DNA from: Felis catus
Taxonomy: Eukaryota
DNA length: 64,000 bases
Reading direction: 5' to 3'
NCBI RefSeq assembly: GCF_018350175.1
Contig: NC_058373.1
Location: forward strand, 112,718,001 to 112,782,000
A model generated the notes under the pieces. That model saw only the letters and a program-made list of their open reading frames with translations, did no database searches and had not been told where the DNA came from. The first letter of the stretch is position 1, and every line of letters begins with the position of its first letter. A program made the translations under genes and the position numbers. Positions 52,101 through 64,000 of the stretch are shown piece by piece.

Positions 52101-55100
52101 AGTACTTTGGGTCCAAGTAAGACTGATTTTAATTGTCTTACCATCAGATTTCACAGACTAATCATCCATAAATATATCAAATATGTATCCATGACAATTC
52201 CATATCCCTCATATCCATGACAATTCCAAAATCTTTAAACAAACTTTATAATTGCCTTCAGTATTTTAAATGGGAGCATTGGTTTAATGATCAAGTGATC
52301 AGCACCCTTCATTAGTTCCATTAACCATTATCTTGTTTCATATGCATGTTTTACTTACCAGAAAATAAACTGGATGCTATTTTTCCAATGGGAAAAATGT
52401 TTTTCTTTTTTACTTTCAAATAACAGTTTCATCTCAAAAAGGTGGGAAACAAGTGAATGGTCCTGAAATTGGGCATTTAATCTTTATATTCCTAAATTAT
52501 TTTTGTGGGCATAAATTATTAAGTTTTGCTTAATTTATATCAGGATGTTCCCAATGAAAATTATTGTTAGTACAGCAATTGAACCATACAGCTATCAATT
52601 ATTCCAACCTTTGATATATAAGTTAATGAAGTTTAAACAAGCAAAAAGTGTTGTATGAGCAGAAAGCTCAGAAGCATCTAAGTGCCTTCCTTTAGCTCAT
52701 TTCCGTTTCTTTATACATAGCAAGTTTATCTTTAATCTCCCCAAGTCATCTGTCTTAGAGCCATGTAACACAGTTCAAGAGTTAGAGGACAAGTCAAAAT
52801 AATCTTGGGTTATTCACTCAACCTCTGCTGGCACCATATAGCAAGGGTCTCTATAACCTCACTATTATATGTCAGTGATAGTAGTATTTCTAAAGTGTTC
52901 TTGGGCATGTAAGTACCACTTTTTCAGTCCATCTGTATCATTATATTGTCACTTACAGTTAATTGACAGTTAACTTGTAATTTATTAACTAACTTTCAAA
53001 CATAACTGAACTCTGTTTCAAAGGCTTGGTCTGAAATGTTCCCCAACTAGAGCTATCTACTTGGACTTTGCTTTACTGAATCATTTATCCTGGTAGATGT
53101 AGTCATACTGTGTCATTGCTTTAAGTTATGTTGGAAATCACTTTGGCTTCATTTTAAGCATCCCATCCACAAAGAGAAATTCTGCTCTTGTGATTAGTCA
53201 TGATGTGATTCTGTCTTCTCTTACATGCACATACACCTTTTAAAATTTTATAAGCTATGCCTTTTGACTATGGCCTATTGACTTTAAAAGACAATTTGAG
53301 ATCAGGAATGATATTGGTGTTTTTAAGGTCTACCATGTGTTTTGAACGTTAAAGTAAGAAGTGTGAAGAGAATAATCTATAAGAATCCCCATTCTGTTAT
53401 TTATTACCTCGTTTACATTCACCTACTTTCTTAGTGCAGTTCCCTACACTCCACTTTTTTCTGTGTGTCTTTTCCCTTTCCATGTGTGTGTGTGTGTTAA
53501 CAGAAACTACCTGTCTTCTTTATCTCTAGTTGTTTCTTGTTTTCCTTTCCCTTTTCAATGAATAATAACCCAACCCATCTCAGCCACTGAGAAGGAGTAT
53601 CAACCTTAATAATTTCTGTTAAAGTGAATGTTTATCTCAGTTTGCTGTAAAGGAACAAAATGGGATGAGTGTAGCTGCTTTAGTGTTTGAATATGATGAC
53701 CCAAACATATACTGTGCCCAAATTCTAAGCCAACTAATTCACAGGAGTATGGGAGAGATAATCTGGATGAAACTAGCATAAATGAATTAGGTATAACATT
53801 TCTACTGTAAAATTTCTAAGTCATACAGTGACCCTGTGAAAAAACTATTTATAAAAAGAATATATGTACCTTTTTCACCTTAGTTGCATTAAAACATAAT
53901 ACTAATGAGTTCAGGGTAACAGATTTGTAAAGCCAGTTGCTTCACAGCTGTTCTATCATTATAGATTATAAACTAATCCTAAATATATTATTGCAGATAT
54001 GTATGCAGGGGAGGACTGAAGAAGGATGTGTTGATGGTTCAAAATAAATCTGTCAACAATTGAATGAGACTGATTTTAACAAAAATTATAATGGTCAGTC
54101 TATATTACACTAACAGTTTTGAATTTTAGAAATTTTTTTAAAGATCAAGTGTCTCATTTTCAACATCAGTTTGTATTTTTCTTTCATTTTCAATAGCTTC
54201 TGTCTTGTTTTTCATATGTTCAGTGAAGAACATAGATAAGAAAAGAGAAAAAAAATCACTCTTGAACTTCCCCATGTTAATTGTTAAAATTTAACAGAAA
54301 TAATAAGTGAATTGAAGAAAAGAGAAAGTAGGAGTTTCCTTAGAGTTATAGAGTAAATAAAAAATAAAGAAGCATATATAGAAGGAGTAATTATCATTGA
54401 AGGATTCCTTATGTGGAAAAAATGTAAGAATAGCTAGTGTATAAGAGATTTAAGAGTTGGAAAGCTCTGCTGAATGAGTTTCTGCAGAGTTTGACTTCAC
54501 TCTATTCCTCATTTAACAGCTGAGCAATTCAGGGCACAGCAAAGCTACCTGAAGCAGCCCTGAAAGGATAGAAGGAGTAAGTTGGTTAATAGTTAAACTG
54601 TCAAAGACAGCAGTTACAGTTTAACAACATTCTCAGTTAATATATACTTAGTGGAGGAAAAATAATGAAAGTATATGACTTGTAAACATTGGCACTGTGT
54701 TTGTTCTTAGACTAAAGAGGGCAAAAGAGTATCCAGATGATCCCAAATTCCAAATTTGAGAAGTCCACACTAAAAGGTTTATGGGTATTGGCAGCTTCAT
54801 GTAAGTGTCCTTTGGTGAATCAGTTCCCTTTTATCTTTTCTTTTATAGTTCTCATTTTTTAATGAAGTATTTCCAATATACAAAAATAAATAAATAAAAA
54901 ACACCCATATACTAACCACCTAGATTTAGCAAATGTTCATGTTTTACTGTAATTTCTTTAGATCTTTTAACATGTTTTTCTATTAAGGAATTGTGACAAA
55001 GCTCAAGTTCCCTTTGCATAGAATTTTCATTATATAAGAACAATACATTATATGATAGAAAATTAGAAATATATCAGAAATATATTCTTTCCACATATAT

Positions 55101-55293
55101 GGCATATATTAACCCTGCATTGGAATGGTACTATATTTCTCATCATCCCTTTTGCTCCTGTGACAAACTGATATGTTCCTGCTTATATTTTTTTTTTAAA
55201 AACACTGATTTAGTAGCATGATTTCAGTGATTTTTGGTATGTGCTAGTGGAGAGAAAAATACACACACATACATGTACTATATGTATATGTAT

Positions 55294-55788
55294 TGTTGGG
55301 AAGGAAAATTTTTCTCTGACCTTCAAAGTTTCTTTTGGCTTGTCTAAGAATTAAATTGAAATGAGACAGATTAACAGGAGAAAAATTTAATTTTGTACAT
55401 AAGAGAATTTCACATACTCAAGAGGTTCAAAGTCAAGTCAGAAATGTAAAATGAGGTATTTATGCTACCCTGAGCTAAGGAATGGGATAAGGGCTTGGGC
55501 TTCAAAAGGAAGGAAGGCAATTCACGGGGCAGTAAGAAGAAAAAGAGCAGATGTTTGGTGATTAGATGTTTGTCCTGCCATAGATATAGGTCACTCAGAT
55601 AAAATTTATGTAATGTAAAAACTCTTATTCTGAGAAAGACCCCCAATTTAAATTCTTCTAGGTAGTTACAGGAGAGGCAGAAGTTTCGCTTAAGCCCACT
55701 GCGTCTTGATTGCCTTCAGCTCAAAATAGTCCATGTCTAAGTGGCACACTTTGAGGATATTTGTTCTAAGGATATTTGAACTCCTTCA
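55294..55788 (-). mobile_element. Solo ERV1-type LTR (MER34-like)
   Basis: TG...CA termini, about 495 bp; gacagattaacaggagaaaaatttaatttt motif shared with the LTRs at 59-60 kb. Confidence 0.7.
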
Positions 55789-56759
55789 ATAAGCTGTTTA
55801 TATACTAGGTATGTGTGTATATATGCATGTGTGTGTGTGTATATGTATATATACATATACACACACACACATATATGATCATTTTCCTGTTTATTTTGCT
55901 GAGACAATAAATAAACTGGACAAAAGTAGGAGCTAAATCTCCAAAACTGCTCTTACAGACCCCAACCAAACCATAATACCATAGATCTATACTAGGAATA
56001 TATAGGAAATCAAAAGGAACAAAACAGGAATGAAAAAGTAACAAAAAGAACTAACACTGAACCAAAACACCCCCCTGGCATGATTAATAACATTGTTCTG
56101 TTCCAAATGAAGCCCAATGTGATTTGGACATGAGTATTGATGATTGTTAAGCATAGAAGTTTTTTATAACTCAGCTTTCTTTAGTTTGCCCATGTGATAC
56201 ATTTTTTTAATAAACTTTGAAAATGCTTCAACACTTCTAATTAATTATAAATCCACTGTCTGAAGAATACTAACAAGTATAGTAGCTATCACAGATTAAT
56301 AACAATATGGTATCACAAGAGCTTTTATGCAGAAATTTATAGTAAAACTTCAATCAAAAAAGTATTCTCTTTTATCGGAGATAACTTCATTGATTTTTGT
56401 GAAATATCAAATTATTTTCAAAAGGCATTTTTATATACCACTTAGTCGGAACCCTAAGTCTAAACACATACCATGTCTCTTTTCATTACCAATCCTTGGC
56501 CTTTCTGACAAATTACAACACTCTTCTTTGGTCAGTTCCAGACTAAGAAGGATTGACGAGAATAGTTCCAGTAGCTGACTTTTGATAGTTGGTATCATAA
56601 TCATCATAGTCATTATCATTCTCACCTCTATTATTATCATCAGAGATAACATATTTATCCTTTATTAAATGTCAGGTATAGATCAAATGTTCTACCTGCA
56701 TTAGTTTGTTTATTTAATTTTCAAAATAGTCCAATGAGGTGGAAACTCAATAAAGCACA

Positions 56760-57345
56760 AGCCTTTGCATACTACTAGCTTTTCCCTCAATCTGGGCAGT
56801 TCTTCTCTTTGATCTTCCTCTGGGTATCTCAGATCTTAACTCAAATGACACCTATTCAGAGAAATCTTTCTTGTCCACTCTATCTAAAATAGCTTTACCC
56901 ACAGGGCCCCTGGATGGCTCAGTTGGTTAAGCGTCCAACTCTTGATTTCGGCTCAGGTCATGATCTCATGTACATGAGACCAAGCCCCATATCAGTCTCT
57001 GTACTGATAGTGCAGAGTCTGCTTGGGATTTTCTCTCTCCTTCTCTCTCTGCCCCTTCCCCATTTTCTCTCTCTCATTCTTTCTCAAAACTAAATAAGTT
57101 TTCAAAAAATAAAATAAAACAGTTTTACCCTGTCAATCCCTTTACTATCTTTTATTTTCTTCATAAGCATTTATTGCTAGCTGAAACTGTCTTACTCATT
57201 TACATATTAAACAGTCTACTCCTATTAGAATATAAGTTCCATGGTACCAAGGTCCCTGTCAATCTTATTGATGTTTTACCCCACACCTAGATCTAAGCCT
57301 GGCATTGGGTAGGTGCTCAAGAAGTATTCTTTCAGTAAATGAATG
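56760..57345 (+). mobile_element. L2 3' end with nested SINE
   Basis: gcctttgcatac..tcagatcttaactcaaatgacacc; end gcctggcattgggtaggtgctcaagaagtatt..aaatgaatg. Confidence 0.7.
56904..57115 (+). mobile_element. Can-SINE
   Basis: cctggatggctcagttggttaagcgtcc head; degenerate TSD taaaa(t/c)ag(c/t)tttaccc. Confidence 0.92.
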
Positions 57346-59205
57346 TTATCATTATCCTGATTTTTGTAACATGTGAAAACCAATGCTTAGACAGTTGAGT
57401 AATTTATCCAAGGTCTGTAGTTAGCACAATTTTATATTTTTTGTCTACTTAAAGAAGGATTCATTGCATATGCAAGTCTCTAACTTTAGCAGATCAAATT
57501 AGCACATGTTCCTGGACCTACAGCTATCAAGCTTAATTTGAAATAAAGATTGGCACACATCTAAAATAATCTTGCCTATCCTCTTCATCCTGAGAATGAG
57601 TTAAATAAATGTGAACTTACACTAGTATGAGGGAGTAGAACCAGGAATGTATATAGAGCAAATGCAAATTTTGCAAGGTAATTAAAGTGGGCTGGAATAC
57701 CTCAAAATACTGATAAACCTAAATTTAACAATGTTCTAAGAATATCCCTTTTTCTTCAAAAATTTTTACACATGGCTATTTAGCTTTTTCTATTTAAAAA
57801 AGTCTAAAAGGAAACTTCAATCAGAAAATATAATGCTTAATTACATAGTAATTCATGGCCAATATATTTACATTGAATTTCTTTTATTTTAATGGGTTGT
57901 TTTCTTTCCCTCAAGAATTTTTCATGATTGAATCTTGACCAAATAAAGTTCGTTTTCAAGCTGAGTTTTCACTAAACGGATAAAAAAGGCACTACAAAAA
58001 ATTTTTGTGTATTAAGCCTTGGAAATTATATTTTAAATCAGACGCTTAAAAGATATAATGTATACCTCATGTAAATTTATTCCATTTTTAATATGGTAAA
58101 CCACTATTTTAATATTATAGTCAAGACAAAATCTACAGTCCATTTGAAAGTGACTACAGAGGGTATTTCATACAATCTTAAAAACCAAAGGTATACACTA
58201 GGGAACAAACTCAAAAATAAGCTAGAATTCAGTTAATAGACAAATTATATTAATAGGTACTCCCAAGCCATAAATTTCTCAGGTAAAATTGTGAAAGACT
58301 TTGAAATAGACAAGACTTATTTTTGGCTGTCTTGTCTAGGGTACCCTTCTGGATCGTCTTCTCCCTTCTTTGAGCTATTGTACAACACTAAATTGTAATA
58401 TGTAAATAGTCATGGAAGTTATTCTAATCCATAGGAATAAACATCGTGTGTATTTGGAGATGCAAATGATTTTTGTTCAATTGATCTGAAAGTTCATGTC
58501 AACATTCCTGATGGCCCATGTGTGTGAGGTATTTTTAATTCTTTTTTGAACCAATGGGAACATTCTTCTGGTTCTCTTACTAACACTTAGATAGAAATCT
58601 TTGACATAGGTTTATTTTATATTTGTATGAGAGTCACGAATTTACCTTTTTTTTAAAAAAATTAACTTCTAACACAGTTATCCCTTCTTTATAAGCTAAA
58701 TATTTAATTTTAATGGCAATGGATTTTCTGCTTTTCCATTTGATTTAGCCCAGACATCCAAAACTTGAGAATTCAGAGAAAATGCAAAGGGCATGTGTAA
58801 TGGAAGCAAGAGTCTAATAATATCAAACTACATCTGTAAACTGTTTATTACTTGGTTAGGTCATAACAGACTTGATTAACATAGTATATACCACACATGG
58901 TTACAGTATAAGGCTTTAGAAAATTTAGTTCTTATCTCCAGTCCTCAAAGGAACATCCTAAACATTTTCTAACCCACTGCTGTTTTACTAATATAGTATA
59001 GAAATGCCTTTGCCTTTGTATATCTTCCATGTGCCTTATGTGTACTAGTTAAACATTTAGAAAAATAAAAACTGCAGTACAACAGCCTTTGAGAAAGGAA
59101 AACTATGTAGCCAATTCTTATATGGTGTATTATACTCAGTAGAAGCAGGAGTAGTTGTCGTTTTTTAATGAATAAGTAAATGATATGACATAACATTTAA
59201 GAATG

Positions 59206-59698
59206 TGTTAGGGGAAGAAAATAATTTTCCATCTACCTTTCTGAGTCCTTGGCTAAGACCTTTTGTAACAAAAGACAGATTAACAAGAGATAAACAAAAA
59301 GAAGTTTATTAAAATGTATACCTCATATATATCTGAGAGTAACTCCCCAAGATAGCCTAAACCACCAACTTAAATACCATCTTTAGCCAAAGACAAAATT
59401 AAGTGGAGGCAGAGAGGCCAGTTATGGGGAGGTTACCAGAAAAAAACACAGTAAATAAGAGTAAGGTTTATTAAACAGATTTGTATCTATGTCGTTTCCA
59501 TTGATAATATTCTCTTCAGGTACAGAGAGGGAGACAATCTTATATATTTCTTTTATAAATATGAATTTCCTTTACCAAAGGGTAACTTCCACTTTCTTTT
59601 CAGAACTTCTTGTGTCTAGTGTTTCTCAAAATAATCAGCTCAAAAAATCTTTATACCAAAAAGGTACATTTTGGAGGGGCATATTCTGCTCCTCCTTA
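59206..59698 (-). mobile_element. ERV1-type LTR (MER34-like)
   Basis: tgttaggggaag start, aagacagattaacaagaga motif, end ..cattttggaggggcatattctgctcctcctta. Confidence 0.7.
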
Positions 59699-60168
59699 TG
59701 TGCCACCCCAAAATATAGCATATTGATTATTTTGAGTTAAAGTAACTTAAGAAACAGCCAGTTCAAGAAGGATACTCTAACCCTCCTTTGTCCCCCTGAA
59801 AGCAGAAATAAATCTCCCATGTGAAAGGACCCTCCCTGTACTGGAAGTGTTGAAGGCATCCTTATCACCAGAAATAGGGAATTTAGCTCCGAGAAAGCTA
59901 TATAAACAAACCTTGTTACTTCACTAATTTACTACCCTAACCCCAAACCCCTTTGTCCTGTCAATTCTTCACAGATTTATTCTTTCTCTATCTCAAAGGT
60001 ACAAAAGCTGATTGTTTTGGTCACTTCTTTGAGCCTTATGTCTCTGGGGCTTCTGTACATACAAAATTAAATTTGTTTTTCTCCTGTTAATCTGTCTTAT
60101 GCCAATTTAATTATTACACCTGCCAAAGAACCTAGAAAAGAAGAAGGGAAAACGTTTCCTTGCCTACA
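59698..60168 (+). mobile_element. ERV1-type LTR (MER34-like), opposite orientation
   Basis: tgccaccccaaaatat..gattattttgagttaaag start, TATAAA, ATTAAA, ttctcctgttaatctgtctt, ends cctaCA. Confidence 0.72.
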
Positions 60169-60544
60169 GCATATTCTGCTATCCTTAAGTGAAAACCAAG
60201 GAGAATATTAAATCTAGTTAAAAACTCCGTATTCTTAAAACTCATGTTTAATGAAAGCCAATGTGACTTTCTTCCAGAAGTGCCAGAAAATGATAATAAT
60301 TACAAATGCTTAATAATTCAGAGTTTTATATTATTAACTATATTCGTCTTTTAGGCTCTAGTTCATAAACCCATAAAGTTCATGGTTTTTTTTTTAAACT
60401 TTCTATTCAGATACTTGAAGTAATCTTACTTGATCTTATTTTTGAGAGCAACTGTTGTTGCTCTTGTTAGCAAAAGAAATTAGCTAACATTCTGAATTAC
60501 AGGTCCAGAGTATCATCCAAACAATAGTAACAACAAACACAGTA

Positions 60545-60780
60545 ATAACTAACACCTATATACCATTCACACTGAGCCAGATACTCTTCTACTCAAACAC
60601 TTGACACATATTGTCTCACTTTCTTCATAAAAATCCTATGAGATAGGTATTGCTGTTATTTTATATATTAGAAAACAAAGACCTGAAAGAGATTGTAACT
60701 TACCTACTGTTATACAACTAATAATGGTAGAGCCAAGATTCAAATCCAGGCAGGCTGTCTCCAGAGTGCTACTCCCCAAA
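60545..60780 (-). mobile_element. MIR
   Basis: cctatgagataggtattg..aatggtagagccaagattcaaatccaggcaggctgtctccagag. Confidence 0.7.
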
Positions 60781-62194
60781 CTGCCTTTCACCATACCAGT
60801 TTTCCTTCATTCCTGCATCCACCTGCCTATTCTGAGTGGTTCTTATTGCTACGAGAAATAGTCAAGAGCAAAAGACAATGAAAATTCAAGGTCTGATTAG
60901 GAATGCACTGATTGCCACTGGTAGGCTAGAAAGATAGGGTCATTTACTGGTGTACAGAGAAATGAATTTGGAAGTCAGGAAGGCTAAGTTTCATTACTAC
61001 TTTACTGTTTGATCTAAAGCCAGTAACAACCCCTGCTTTGTCATCTCTAGAGTGAAGACAAGTTACACTATAAAGTAATTAATTATTCATCTAAAGATTG
61101 AGAAATGGTGTCAAGAATAATCTGAAATCCCTACCAGTCAAAAACTAGTTTATTCAGTTTAGTCTGAATATATATATTCAGATGATTAGATAGTATATAT
61201 CTATCCCTTATATTATCTAATTCAACGTCAAAATTCTCAGAACAAACATCAACTCAAAAATATTGTTGGTACCAAAGAGAGACCAGCCTGAGATTTACAA
61301 TTTTCTTAAAATCATTGTGAGTGACTCAATTTAAAATTAAAGCTTTATTGATAATACATTAAGGATATTCACCATTGATATCTGAATTTGTATTCTGTTG
61401 AGTTATGGTGATAACCAGTTCTGTTCTTAGTTATGTTCTGCATATCATACTATTCTCTTTGAGAATAAGGAACTCACCAAGTTACCTATAAAGCAGCATA
61501 AATAGGCTTTTGATTTTAAGTGTTAATTATAATTCATTTCACCAACTGTGTAACCTGCTATAGTTCCAGCTTCTTTTAGAAGAAGTCAATACTGAGAAAG
61601 AAAAATTCTTCACATTTACCTAGAAATTAAGAAAGCTCAGTGGAATTTAAGATAATAATAATTCATGTAACAGTGGGGAAACAGTTACAAATAGTCCTCT
61701 GGAAAAGATTGTAAAATTGTATTGCTTACAAATACTGTGTGCCTGAAAAGGCTTATGTTATACATAGATAATAGCTTTGTTGCTCTTATCTGTGTTCACC
61801 ACATGACTAAAAGTTCAAAAAATAATTAGTTGTGGATAAATACGTGTGTGTGTGTGTGTGGAAGTTCACGTTTTGTTAGGGAGTTTTAAATGTGATGACT
61901 TTAATGATTATTCCATGTAATTAAATATCTAAACCAATGGGAAAAGAGCAAGTGAAGCAGAAACTTTTTATAAGCCTGAGCTCATAACTTTTTGATAACC
62001 ATATTTCTTTTTGTTTCTTACATGGGCTATTAAATGGGCAATTGGTTAATTTCATTACCAATTTTATATAATTGTTCTCAAAAAAGAAAAACTTCTTTTA
62101 TATATGATTTGCCAAAGAGCAGCAGATGGATGTAGGAGAGATTTCTTAGAGCAACAAAATCCTAGAGATAAAAGGAAGCTTGGAAATTGTCTAT

Positions 62195-62664
62195 TTCAAA
62201 ATTTTTTAACCTTTTCTCTCCTATGGAGCCATTTGGAAATCTGGTAAAGCCTACAGACTTCTTTTCAGAAAGTACTTTTAAATATATAAAATAAAATATG
62301 TACAATTACAAAGACTAACGAAATTAAAATCATAGAAATATCTATAAAAACAAATTGTGTAATACTGCCTCTTTCAAAATGCACTAAATAACAAAATCTA
62401 GCAGCAAGTCATTACACTACTATAATTTGAAATCTTGGTCAATATGAACAATATTTTAAGGCATCCATAATAATTTGAAGTAATAGATCCTGCTAATATT
62501 ACTGTGGTTTGTCTCCTAAGCTCATAATGAAAGAAATTAATAAAATTTAATTAGGTTGGTGAATATAAAAATTTTAATTTTTTTCTCCATCCCAGTAAAT
62601 GAACTCCTTACTTTTATCCACAGGTTCTCTCAAGGGCTCCTATCATCCTCAGTTGAAACCCCTG
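62195..62664. mobile_element. Charlie4a-like hAT fossil inserted in a MIR
   Basis: ttaaccttttctctcctatggagccatttggaaatctggtaaagcctacagac.. and end cagttgaaacccctg; MIR core cattttgcagatgaggg resumes immediately after. Confidence 0.65.
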
Positions 62665-64000
62665 GAAACATTCTCATTTTGCAGATGAGGGAACTAAGTC
62701 CCATAGAATTAAGATAGCTTGAGTAAAATCATACAGCACAGCATTAGATTAATCCTTGCAAAGGTAACTTCAGACTTTAACTCAGCCTTTTTCTGAAATT
62801 TTAGTCTAGAAATTGGCAATTATAGTCTGTCATTTGTCACTGACTCATGGCATGATATGGAGCAAATTCTTTATTGTCATTGTATCTCAGATTCTACCTA
62901 AGTAAATGTAAGTGACTTGAAATCTACATAAGGATAATAATGATGACTTAGACTTGTATTGTTCTTTTTCATTTATAATAGTTTTCACTTTCACAAACAA
63001 TATCCTACTTAATTTTCCCCATTTTATGGATAAGAAAATTAAAACTCCAAGATGTTAAATGTCATGTCTGAGGTCACACAGCTAAGAATAGAAAAAACCA
63101 ACATCAGAAACCATACCACTAGACTCCAGAGTATCATGCTGCCTTTCATGTCATAAAGCAAAACTCTGAGTTCCTCAGTTGAATATGTGTTGTGGTAATA
63201 TAAATCTAATTAAATACAAATGAATTGTCATTAGGTTCAGATAAGCCAAATACTTGTACCCTAATTTATCCAGATAAAGTGATGAATGAATGGAACTATG
63301 GAAAGAGCTTTTCTAAACCAATTCTCCATTTTTGATATAAGAATTGAGATGGTAAAGAAATAGAATTTTAAAAGTCTGAGATTGTAGAGTTGTTGGCTTA
63401 ATGTTGTTTAAATCAAACCTTTCTTTCCTTCTGTTTCTGGGTAGGCTGAAGAGGCAAGTAATCTAAGTACATGCCAATGAGGTCCTTTTTTCTGTCCTCT
63501 TAAGTTTTATTTTTATGAGTAAATGGTATTCAAAGAAGTTTGTTCTTTCAGAGGCAAACTGCTCTTAAATAAGTTAAGTAGGGTAGAAAAGTCAAAGTCA
63601 AAGAGCCAAACTACATCAAACATCTCTTTTATCGCTGTCATTCTAGTGACCTCACCATATAGAATGCCCAAATAGAATGCCCTTTTCTCTTAGAAAATAA
63701 GGAGTCTGCTTAACCTGACCTAAAATTTTTGGTGTAGAATAACCGTTATTGGACTCCAAATGTCACTGTTTGATTAACCTTAAATAATATTAATAATGTG
63801 TTTTCCAAATTCTGAAGATCATTCTGTAGGGAACTCAGATATGTCTTAGCTATAATCCACATGCTTTTCTATATTACATTTCTTAATATGAGCCCACCCA
63901 GCTAAGTAAAAATCATTCTTAAGATAGTACAGGAGTGACTGTGATCATACTTGTACTATAAAAAATAAATTTTAATGTGCTGAATTTGAAAAAAAAAACT

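Noticed and set aside
52186..52228. 17-bp direct repeat tatccatgacaattcca (similar micro-duplications near 26784, 43255, 63660)
   Set aside because: Ordinary slippage duplications; two copies only, no array structure.
62605..62690. Acceptor-like cttttatccacAG
   Set aside because: Lies inside a Charlie4/MIR fossil with no matching donor or gephyrin-like frame.
39635..64000. Fourth C4 cassette (C4d) and the next constitutive exon (VQSRCSSKENILR...)
   Set aside because: Searched by eye and not found; probably beyond the window, although a short exon could have been missed.

Overview
AT-rich mammalian genomic DNA from a carnivore, very probably a cat (about 12 tRNA-derived Can-SINE/SINEC_Fc-like copies plus carnivore-type L1s). 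The window lies inside the gephyrin gene (GPHN, + strand). It holds one constitutive C-domain exon (15563-15697, [10 protein letters not shown]...SCPTPK) and three short in-frame alternative cassettes that I recognise as the C4 group: 30611-30667 (QIRRPDESKGVASRVGSLK), 32891-32962 (LHRKLGELRDHLEGNVKGYSLR[VN]) and 39593-39634 (ARLPSCSSTYSVSE). The rest is intron, rich in L1, L2, MIR, SINE, LTR and hAT fossils. The most interesting signal is the architecture of the repeat-poor cassette region. C4a and C4b share boundary sequence, suggesting an ancient exon duplication. Each cassette is followed 140-220 nt downstream by a second, unexplained 3' splice-site-like sequence that reads into a stop codon, so these are candidate poison or terminal exons. 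There is also a candidate 15-nt microexon between C4a and C4b. Gene, cassette and repeat-family names come from recognition and memory, not database searches. Most ORF-track entries are spurious.
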